A DNA stretch of 64,000 nucleotides from a virus (lineage: Duplodnaviria; Caudoviricetes): the IMG/VR virus record IMGVR_UViG_3300021431_004525, one strand, 5' to 3'. This document shows, in pieces, positions 56,440 through 64,000 of the stretch (the stretch's first letter is position 1; every line of letters starts with the position of its first letter). Under the pieces are notes generated by a model. The model saw only the letters and a list, made by a program, of their open reading frames with translations, was not told the origin of the DNA and made no database searches. The position numbers and the translations under genes are program-made.

Positions 56440-58182
56440 ATGGAAGTACAACAACAGAAAAAAATCACAGAAATTTTCAACACAATTGGTTGGAAACGTC
56501 AAAATGCTGAACGTTTAGTAATTGAAGAAAATGAACAGCGCGGTTATGAATGGGGGACTCAGCAGTTCAAAGAATTGATGGAAGACATTGAAGAACAAAT
56601 AGCGTCTAAATCCCCTAAAGAAATATATTTATCAACATTTCTTAGTCACCAAGAAGCAAATTCTCCATTTACTAAGATATTTGATGGTAATCAACGTTTA
56701 ACTACAATTTTAATACTATTAATTGCTCTTCGTGATTATATCAAGCACAATTTTGAAGAGAACTTATATTATAATGACATTATTCGTAGAATTGAAGAAT
56801 GTATTTTTAATTCTAACAATGAATGTATTATGATTTTGCAAAACGAAGATAACAATTGTCTTACTGATATTCTCAATAACAGTGATTCTGTGTTCAAGAG
56901 TGTATATATGTTTAAAAACAATCTTGTTAACAAAATGTATCGTAACTGTTATAATTACATACACATGCGCACAGAACAATGTCCTGATTATCCGTTTTTA
57001 CTTTTTACAAAAGGCATTGAAAATGTAGTAATGGCAGAAGAACGTGCAACAACAAAAAATGAGGCAAGGCGTTTGTTTGGTAGAAAGAACGCTTCTGGTA
57101 TTAATGTAGCAAAAGGAAATGTAATTTCCTCTTTTATTTGTGGTTTAATTGATTTATATACTGACAGTCGTGATGAGTTCATTCACGTCAAGACTAAATT
57201 TGATGGTGCAATGTCTCGTATTCCGTCAAAAGAGTACACTGACTTTTACCGTCTTTTTCTTTATTATTTAAAAGACACATATTTAACTCCGTCTCAAACA
57301 CAAAAGGAAATTGAAAAAATCACTAAATCGGCATTAAAGGGTACTGAAAAGAATGACCATTTTAGTAACATTTCTGAATTGATTGACTGTATTGACCGTT
57401 TCAGTAAATTTATGTCTGAAGTTAGTCATAAGCGTTTAAGTGAGTTTGCACCTTCGCATAAGATTAATCGTCTGCTTTCATTAACACCAGATGAAATAAC
57501 AATTACGATTACGATGATAGATTTATTTACTGACAAATATTCTAATTACAACATTGATAATGAAGATAAATATCAAATATTAAATGGTGTAATGAAAATT
57601 ATCGTAAGAAGAATGTTCGCGCCAAATTCTACTAACCATTCGGAAAAGACTATGCTTAATGTAATGGGAAACATCCTAACTTTGAAGGGGTGTAATGAAC
57701 ATTTATATCAGACGTTTAAACGTTACATGTCTGGCGAAACAAACAAGGCACTATGTTATGGCTATTTGACTGAAAGTGACCTTATAGAAAGAGTATCTAA
57801 AATTCCGGTTTATAGGCGTTTAGGTTCTAGGATGCAAGTGTTAAAATACTTATTCCATAACTTAAACAAATATGTTAATAGTGGTATCGAACAATATGTC
57901 TACACTGACTTTAATGATATGACTATAGAACACATTAAATCACAAAATGAATTTTCATCGAAAGACCTTTTACAACACACAATTGGTAATCTTACACCAC
58001 TTACACGAAATAATAACTCACGCTGTAAAAATCGTCCATTCAATGATAAAAAGGCTGTATACCTTAATAGCGGAATAAAATTAACAGAAAGTGTCGGCTC
58101 AAAGGCATATTTCAATAATGAAGAAATTGTTAATAGGAGTAATGAACTTGCCCCATTAATTATGGAAATTACAAGATTATAA
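56440..58182 (+). CDS. GmrSD/SspE-like DUF262 + DUF1524 (HNH) nuclease
   Basis: QRGYEW, DGNQRLTT, F...NASG. C-terminal TIEHI, IGNLT.L...NN and F.DKK..Y. Confidence 0.88.
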   Translation: MEVQQQKKITEIFNTIGWKRQNAERLVIEENEQRGYEWGTQQFKELMEDIEEQIASKSPKEIYLSTFLSHQEANSPFTKIFDGNQRLTTILILLIALRDYIKHNFEENLYYNDIIRRIEECIFNSNNECIMILQNEDNNCLTDILNNSDSVFKSVYMFKNNLVNKMYRNCYNYIHMRTEQCPDYPFLLFTKGIENVVMAEERATTKNEARRLFGRKNASGINVAKGNVISSFICGLIDLYTDSRDEFIHVKTKFDGAMSRIPSKEYTDFYRLFLYYLKDTYLTPSQTQKEIEKITKSALKGTEKNDHFSNISELIDCIDRFSKFMSEVSHKRLSEFAPSHKINRLLSLTPDEITITITMIDLFTDKYSNYNIDNEDKYQILNGVMKIIVRRMFAPNSTNHSEKTMLNVMGNILTLKGCNEHLYQTFKRYMSGETNKALCYGYLTESDLIERVSKIPVYRRLGSRMQVLKYLFHNLNKYVNSGIEQYVYTDFNDMTIEHIKSQNEFSSKDLLQHTIGNLTPLTRNNNSRCKNRPFNDKKAVYLNSGIKLTESVGSKAYFNNEEIVNRSNELAPLIMEITRL

Positions 58183-58200
58183 TAATATGAATACAATATA

Positions 58201-59016
58201 ATGAATAAAATAGAACCTATTGATTTTAATGATATAAAAGATAAATTATTTGAGAGTGGGGATTATTTACCATTTAATATAAATGAGTGTTCTGATAAAC
58301 CGGTAAACAATTTTCTTATTTCTGAGACATTGATGTTCGACAATCCAATGTCAATAGGTCTTTTAGATGAAGATGATATGTTATGGGAGGGTTTAATAAG
58401 GACATATCCTATTGAAACATTGAAAAAATATGTTTGTCGGGCATTGCAATTTAACGAGAAGCAATTTCAAATAAAAGAGAAAAACGGTCAGAAGTGTGCT
58501 TCAATATATTATCGTTATGACGAAGAAACAAAAAAATGGATAATAAAAGCCATGAATCTTGGCGGATATTATATGTCACAGGAAATAATTGGTAAAGGCG
58601 CAAATGAAGGTTTAAGAGAAATGAGATTTGAACCTAAATTTGAGGATGATATATACACACAAGTTATGGAAAGTTGCAAAGTTCTGTATCACGTTACCGA
58701 AAAGAAAAATATCAATCGTATACGTCACATAGGAATTTGTTCACGTTCAAATTGTTCAATTTTTGATTATCCTGCCAGAATTTATTTACTAAAAGATAGT
58801 GTTGATAAACAATTTATTATATCTTTAGCAAAATCGTTGTCAGTTTCAAAATACGGTAAAAATGGACATATAGATTATTCGCTTATTACAATTAATCCGA
58901 GACTGTTGCCCAAAGATACAAGATTTTACGAAGATGTTAATTTACCACAAGGAATTTTTATGTATGGAAATATATCACCAAAATGTATAATAGATATTAA
59001 AGATTTAGACATATGA
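58201..59016 (+). CDS. putative ADP-ribosyltransferase-fold protein with acidic N-terminal leader
   Basis: LYHVT...NI..I...GI, then YP.RIYL and D.N...G.F...NISP.CI, an ART/KptA-like pattern. Confidence 0.5.
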   Translation: MNKIEPIDFNDIKDKLFESGDYLPFNINECSDKPVNNFLISETLMFDNPMSIGLLDEDDMLWEGLIRTYPIETLKKYVCRALQFNEKQFQIKEKNGQKCASIYYRYDEETKKWIIKAMNLGGYYMSQEIIGKGANEGLREMRFEPKFEDDIYTQVMESCKVLYHVTEKKNINRIRHIGICSRSNCSIFDYPARIYLLKDSVDKQFIISLAKSLSVSKYGKNGHIDYSLITINPRLLPKDTRFYEDVNLPQGIFMYGNISPKCIIDIKDLDI

Positions 59017-59609
59017 ATACAATAATTGAATTAAAGTCAGTATATGACTATACTACTGAAGAGGAAACCGAGAAAAGCATATATGAATCTGTTGTCGGAT
59101 ATTACAGTAGTATTGATAAGGCTATTAAGCAGATGAAGGTGCTAACAACTAAAGACAATAACTATGTGATGTTTCTTGTATCTGAGTATATATTAGATGA
59201 TATTTCTGACGATAATGATACATGGACACGTTGGATTAAGGAATGCCAATACAAATGTATCGATAGCGAAATTGTAATGACACATGAGTCAAATAAAATT
59301 TACAATGGCTTTGTAGCAGATGAATTTAGTTATAAGCCGGGTGATATTATTGAATATATTGGTTTTAAAGATACGGTTTATCAAGGAATAGTAGGATATA
59401 CCCCACCAACTGTTGAAGAAATAGAAAAGCGTAGGCTAATAGTGGATGATACGGATGATTGTTATTTAGTATATGCATTGGGTGATGGAGATACACATGA
59501 CCATGTAAGGACAAATTATATTATTGGTTATGCAGATGTATCACCGGAAATATATAAACAATATAAAGATAAATTAAAAGAAAGGAATGAAGTAAATGGA
59601 AAAAGGTGA
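59013..59609 (+). CDS. hypothetical protein
   Basis: 198 aa, translationally coupled to its neighbours. Confidence 0.85.
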   Translation: MNTIIELKSVYDYTTEEETEKSIYESVVGYYSSIDKAIKQMKVLTTKDNNYVMFLVSEYILDDISDDNDTWTRWIKECQYKCIDSEIVMTHESNKIYNGFVADEFSYKPGDIIEYIGFKDTVYQGIVGYTPPTVEEIEKRRLIVDDTDDCYLVYALGDGDTHDHVRTNYIIGYADVSPEIYKQYKDKLKERNEVNGKR

Positions 59610-60009
59610 AAGATATATACATATTAAGTCAATGAATCTTTATACATTAATTACTGATAATTTTATGTTTAAGGATAATGGTGAATGGCGAAAGGGTCTT
59701 TGTTTATATAAGACGGATGGTGAGTATTTTGCAAGGACAAGGGAAGATTTCGAGAAGAACTTTATGTTGTATGATGATTGGCTTGTATTTTTGCAAAAAG
59801 GTTATCGTGAATATGAGCCTACTGCTGATGAGATTGCCAAGATTAATGAAATGCTTGGTCATGAATGTGGAAATGATTATGTGTTTCACATTAACGACAA
59901 TGGCAACATATTTGTATCTACTAATACTGATACATGGCTATGTCTTGCTGGACGTGAATGGATAATTGATTTCGAGAATAAGACTTGGAAACTATTAAGT
60001 ATGAGTTAG
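59596..60009 (+). CDS. DUF1653-like N-terminal domain protein
   Basis: G.RY.H.K....Y...LY.....FART..DF...F pattern. Confidence 0.55.
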   Translation: MEKGERYIHIKSMNLYTLITDNFMFKDNGEWRKGLCLYKTDGEYFARTREDFEKNFMLYDDWLVFLQKGYREYEPTADEIAKINEMLGHECGNDYVFHINDNGNIFVSTNTDTWLCLAGREWIIDFENKTWKLLSMS

Positions 60010-60010
60010 T

Positions 60011-60622
60011 ATGAAAAGGAATGTTGGTTTATTTTGTGGAACATTTAATCCCATACATAATGGTCATTTAATGATGTGTAATTACATATTGGGTCATTAT
60101 GGTCTTGATGGCATTATTTTGGTTGTAAGTCCCGATTCTCATTTCAAGAAGCATACCCATTTGGCTAAATTCGATACACGTATTAGTTTATGTGCTTCTG
60201 CCACCATTGATGACGATAGGCTTGTGGTATCGTCTATTGAAGATGAATTACCGAAGCCGTCATATACATATCAGACCTTGGAGTATTTCAAGAAAAAATA
60301 TGATAATATAGAGTTCGTTCTTATTATTGGTGCTGATAATCTTGTTGGCTTAAGTGAGTTCAAGAATGTTGAATACATTTTATCGAATTTTAGGATAATG
60401 GTATGTCCTCGCAATGGTATTGACTGTAAGATGTATGTAGATGAGTTATATAGGAACTTCGGTGATATTGATATAAAAAGTATAGAGTTAATTGAGGGCA
60501 TTCCTGATGTTGGTTTATCATCCACATTTATAAGGGATGAGGTTGCCAAAGGGAAATCAATTAAATACTATGTTCCTGAGAATATTGAAACATCTGTGGA
60601 AGTTGAATATGGTTCATCGTGA
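60011..60622 (+). CDS. nadD: nicotinate/nicotinamide-nucleotide adenylyltransferase
   Basis: GTFNPIHNGH, SYTYQTL, IIGADNL, LSSTFIR motifs. Confidence 0.95.
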   Translation: MKRNVGLFCGTFNPIHNGHLMMCNYILGHYGLDGIILVVSPDSHFKKHTHLAKFDTRISLCASATIDDDRLVVSSIEDELPKPSYTYQTLEYFKKKYDNIEFVLIIGADNLVGLSEFKNVEYILSNFRIMVCPRNGIDCKMYVDELYRNFGDIDIKSIELIEGIPDVGLSSTFIRDEVAKGKSIKYYVPENIETSVEVEYGSS

Positions 60623-60655
60623 TATTTATACTATATATGAATTATGTAGTATAAA

Positions 60656-60976
60656 ATGAATTTATTTTTAAAATTTGCGAAGAACAATACCGGTTACAGT
60701 GTTAAGAATTTATTTGTAATCATAATAGTAATAATAGGTTGTTTATTATTATTAGTACCGTTAGTATCTTTAACGATTGAGGCGATTTACATGCATACGA
60801 TTGCCACAGACTTAATGGGTATGTCCGCATACATTACGTCTGTTTCCGCATTATTTGGTATTGCGGGCTATACAAAGGTTAGTTCTGAGAAACATGAAAG
60901 ACCGTTTACACCACCTAATAATGAAGAGGAAAATGGAAATGAAATAGTTGAATCAGAGGAAATTGCTAATGAATAG
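60656..60976 (+). CDS. two-TM membrane protein, holin-like
   Basis: Two hydrophobic segments and a charged C-terminal tail. Confidence 0.5.
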   Translation: MNLFLKFAKNNTGYSVKNLFVIIIVIIGCLLLLVPLVSLTIEAIYMHTIATDLMGMSAYITSVSALFGIAGYTKVSSEKHERPFTPPNNEEENGNEIVESEEIANE

Positions 60977-61066
60977 GTAATAATATAGTAGATGGCACAA
61001 ATATCGAATAATACAAATCTTGATGATATTTATTAGAAAGATGGCGAATTAAATTCGTATTATAAT

Positions 61067-61816
61067 ATGAATAAGAGACTTATAAGACTAACAGAATCAG
61101 ACCTTCATAGGATTGTAAAAGAATGTGTAAAACGTCTTATTAATGAAGATAAAGAATATGTAAGTGTTACTGATTTCAATTATGATGGTAAAGAGTTATA
61201 TGATGTAGGCGATGGTGATTCATTTTGTTATCTCCCTTGTGACATATATGGTACGCCGAAACTATATTATGCAGATTGTCACTTTTCGTGCGCACTACAA
61301 TCACTTGAAGACATAATCTATTCTTTTTATAAGGGTAATATAGAGAGTTTAATAGATGAAGACGATATACATAGCATAGCAGAAGAATTATGGCTTAACT
61401 GCATAAGTGAGCCTGGAAGGGTATTTTATAAAAAGTATATCGTAGTTGGCTTTGATGGACACATACCATCTTGTGAATATGTTAAAGGTGTGATTGAATA
61501 TTTGGGCGGTAATTCAAGCAATTATTGTGTAGTATATAATGAAGAAGATTCAGTAAAAGAAATACCTTGTAATTTTTTTCTTGCTCAAGGGATAAATGGG
61601 AAAGATAAACCAACTATTATGGAAGTTCCAAGAGAACTCAAGATGATTTATGACAAGATGCACACAAAAAGGGATGCCGTTGATAGAAAATTTCCTATGA
61701 ATATGACAAGGGCTGAATATTATTGGCTTACAAGGCAAGAAAACAAAAAAAGTTATGATAAAGTAATAATAGAAGTTATCAATCAATACTTAAAACAGAA
61801 CTTGGTATTAAACTAA
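61067..61816 (+). CDS. LTESDL-motif protein (putative head-packaged protein)
   Basis: RLTESDLHRIVKECVKRLINE N-terminus. Confidence 0.7.
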   Translation: MNKRLIRLTESDLHRIVKECVKRLINEDKEYVSVTDFNYDGKELYDVGDGDSFCYLPCDIYGTPKLYYADCHFSCALQSLEDIIYSFYKGNIESLIDEDDIHSIAEELWLNCISEPGRVFYKKYIVVGFDGHIPSCEYVKGVIEYLGGNSSNYCVVYNEEDSVKEIPCNFFLAQGINGKDKPTIMEVPRELKMIYDKMHTKRDAVDRKFPMNMTRAEYYWLTRQENKKSYDKVIIEVINQYLKQNLVLN

Positions 61817-61846
61817 ATGAGCAACCTTGATTGGCTGCTCATTTTT
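61816..61846. terminator. bidirectional terminator between convergent genes
   Basis: AAATGAGCA.CC...GG.TGCTCATTTTT. Confidence 0.7.
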
Positions 61847-61851
61847 GTATA

Positions 61852-62541
61852 TTATTGATATCTCATATAATCTGCTAATAATTCTCTACCTCTTTCAGTT
61901 TCAACATATGCAGCACCGTTTTCATCGAATTCAATTTCCATCCAGTCAGTTGGTTCTCCGCCATAGAATTTAAAACGTGCTGAATCGCCAGACGGATGAA
62001 TTTGCACCTCATGTCCTCCTGAATTAGTGACAGTTCTATATCCTGTTGGTTTAAATTCATCTGATTCTTTCAATTGTTTATTAGTGCTTTCCGCCAACAC
62101 TTCTGTTATACATTCTTTAATAAGATTATTAAGTTGGCTTTCGGTCATATTGAATTTTTGTTTTTTCGATTCCGTATATTTCTGTTTTAAGTAATTATCG
62201 TATCTTTGTCCTGTTTGTCTTGGTGTGCCTTTTGTCATTTGTGCTATATTTGCTACGTCTTTATCGTTTGACATTGCATCCATACCAAGTTGTCCTTTTA
62301 AATCATCTGCGTTAATGTTGCTATCAAGATATGAGCCTACATTGGCATCTTGCTGTTGCTGTGCCAATCTATTTTTATTATTGTCGTTAAATTCTTTCCA
62401 TGAGGCATCTATCTGCTGTTGTTTGGTCATAGGTGTCTGTGGCTGCATATCATATCCATTGAAACCACTTTCTTTAAGTGCTTTGGTTATTGCTTCTTTG
62501 ACAATATTAACAAATTGTTTTTGTTTTATTTTCTGTGCCAT
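61852..62541 (-). CDS. LTESDL-like motif protein
   Basis: NIVKEAITKALKE and MTESQLNNLIKECITEVLAE. Confidence 0.75.
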   Translation of the reverse strand: MAQKIKQKQFVNIVKEAITKALKESGFNGYDMQPQTPMTKQQQIDASWKEFNDNNKNRLAQQQQDANVGSYLDSNINADDLKGQLGMDAMSNDKDVANIAQMTKGTPRQTGQRYDNYLKQKYTESKKQKFNMTESQLNNLIKECITEVLAESTNKQLKESDEFKPTGYRTVTNSGGHEVQIHPSGDSARFKFYGGEPTDWMEIEFDENGAAYVETERGRELLADYMRYQ

Positions 62542-62602
62542 TTATATATGTCGATACATATGTTTTTATTTTAGGTAATTATATATTATTTGACCCGACT
62601 TG

Positions 62603-62860
62603 TTAAATTCTTGATATAGAATCTTTCATTCTAATATTAGATAATATCCCTTGTAGAGTATTTACCATAGAATGTATCTCTTGCCTATATGAATAGGGGA
62701 CTTTGCCCTCTAAATCATATAAATTATGCATTTCATTTTTTATAAGCTGTTCATAATTAGCATCATAATCATAAATATCACTTTCGTTAAGGATATTTTT
62801 AATTGCTTCTTTAACTACTTTATGAACATCTTGTTCTGTAAGTTTAATTCTTTTCTTCAT
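62603..62860 (-). CDS. LTESDL-like motif protein
   Basis: KLTEQDVHKVVKEAIKNILNE. Confidence 0.75.
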   Translation of the reverse strand: MKKRIKLTEQDVHKVVKEAIKNILNESDIYDYDANYEQLIKNEMHNLYDLEGKVPYSYRQEIHSMVNTLQGILSNIRMKDSISRI

Positions 62861-62911
62861 ATATCTTATATTAAATTATTATTGGGTCTAATTCTATATA
62901 GATGCCTTATT

Positions 62912-64000
62912 TTATTTGTTTTTTGAACGTCTGTCGAATACTTCCTTTTCATCTACGATGTAGACTCTTGGGCTTCTTACGCCAGTTTTCTCTTCGATGT
63001 AGTACCAAACCATGCTTTCAACTTCTTCTTCGATTGCATCCATTGGCATATCAGGAGAAGATACCGCAACCTCTACTGACACATCATATCCGTCAAATCC
63101 ATCTGGCTGAAGTATGATTTGTCTTACCAAGACTGATGAATAGTTATTGGAATTGTCAATATATTCATCCTTTACTGATTGTAATTCTTGTACTTTCTCA
63201 GGTGTTAACTCATCGAACATTCCGTCGACGTTAAGTTTCATAATTGCACCATATGAATAGTCTGACAAATCGTCATCCTCTTCTGGATACCACGACTCTT
63301 TAAGTTGTTTTTTCAGTGATTTGATTTTATTAGTAAGTGGTGTTGTATCTTTTCCATCATCCTCATAGTCAGAAATTTGTTGACGTAATTTCCTTATTTG
63401 TCTGTTAATTTCTTTATTCGCCTCATCTCTTTTTAACCTATGTTTTTTAGAGTCTTCGTTATCCTGTGATGAATGTACTTGGCCTGTATCTATTTCCTCA
63501 TGGATTTTTCCTTCGTTTGCAGTTACTTTTTCAACTTTGTTAAGAGGAACTGACATTAATGTCCATGTTTTACCATCTTTCTGATAATCGACATCACATG
63601 TTTCTTCCCATGTCATAAGGTGTGTACCGAAATCTTTAATGACACCTTCTATATTTTGAGTTCTACCGTGTACTATTACTTTATCACCGGTTTGGAATTG
63701 TCCGTCAGATGATTTGGCATGATATGTACCGTTGGCTTGTTGCATTGCCTTTATATATTCTCTCATATCATAACTCATTTCATCATCTTGTTCTTGTTTC
63801 CAATGTTCATCATCGTCTGACAAATCATCGATGGCTTCTTTAACCATATTTCTTATTTTGCTTTCCAATGCCGCTGTTGGGTGTTTAATTTCCTTTCTTT
63901 TTGAAAGAACCAATCGACGTTCTCTGTCTGATGGTTTATTCCAATGTACGCCTTCCTCTGCCCAATCAGGTTTGTTGAGGAAATTATACCAGTAACCACC
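62912..64000 (-). CDS. large acidic LxE-motif protein, 5' end beyond the window
   Basis: Frame is open to base 64000 (GGYWYNFLNKPDW...). Contains ALESKIRNMVKEAI and LKES. Confidence 0.8.
   Translation of the reverse strand, partial: GGYWYNFLNKPDWAEEGVHWNKPSDRERRLVLSKRKEIKHPTAALESKIRNMVKEAIDDLSDDDEHWKQEQDDEMSYDMREYIKAMQQANGTYHAKSSDGQFQTGDKVIVHGRTQNIEGVIKDFGTHLMTWEETCDVDYQKDGKTWTLMSVPLNKVEKVTANEGKIHEEIDTGQVHSSQDNEDSKKHRLKRDEANKEINRQIRKLRQQISDYEDDGKDTTPLTNKIKSLKKQLKESWYPEEDDDLSDYSYGAIMKLNVDGMFDELTPEKVQELQSVKDEYIDNSNNYSSVLVRQIILQPDGFDGYDVSVEVAVSSPDMPMDAIEEEVESMVWYYIEEKTGVRSPRVYIVDEKEVFDRRSKNK

Noticed and set aside
56440-58182. DUF262 protein as the ParB that binds the neighbouring parS
   Set aside because: DUF262 shares the ParB/Srx fold, but this protein has the GmrSD nuclease architecture and no recognisable ParB helix-turn-helix.
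1-64000. TAG-to-Gln recoding as in Lak megaphages
   Set aside because: Long ORFs are intact under code 11. TAG ends genes at natural positions (both DGR targets; 60009 followed 1 nt later by the nadD ATG).

Overview
This window is an AT-rich segment of a large (jumbo/mega) phage. The host is most likely a Bacteroidales species (Prevotella/Bacteroides), judged from about 50 copies of the Bacteroidetes sigma-A promoter (TTTG/TTGG...TAnnTTTG) and A-rich translation starts that mostly lack a Shine-Dalgarno. The genetic code is standard: TAG acts as stop. From 1 to 50 kb there is a minus-strand array of more than 100 small hypothetical early genes arranged as promoter-headed cassettes. It includes two paralogous DGR-type target genes (no RT or template repeat seen in the window), two homing-endonuclease-like genes plus a collapsed one-repeat derivative, a Nudix hydrolase, a 3D-domain protein, a stand-alone MutS-I domain and a TnpB-only IS200/IS605 element. 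The 43-56 kb region is rich in non-coding RNA candidates and surrounds a strand switch at about 50.3 kb. It holds two tRNAs, a tRNA-like RNA, six dispersed copies of a 35-nt hairpin motif with compensatory changes, each behind a promoter, two parS sites, and many proteins ending in Ala-Ala. From 56 to 64 kb are a GmrSD-like DUF262/DUF1524 protein, an ART-like protein, NadD, a holin-like protein and LTESDL/LxE-motif proteins typical of T4-like head-packaged proteins. The strongest novelty candidates are the promoter-driven 35-nt RNA family, the DGR-diversified non-structural early genes, and the phage-borne parS sites. All family calls come from recognising motifs by eye; no database search was run.
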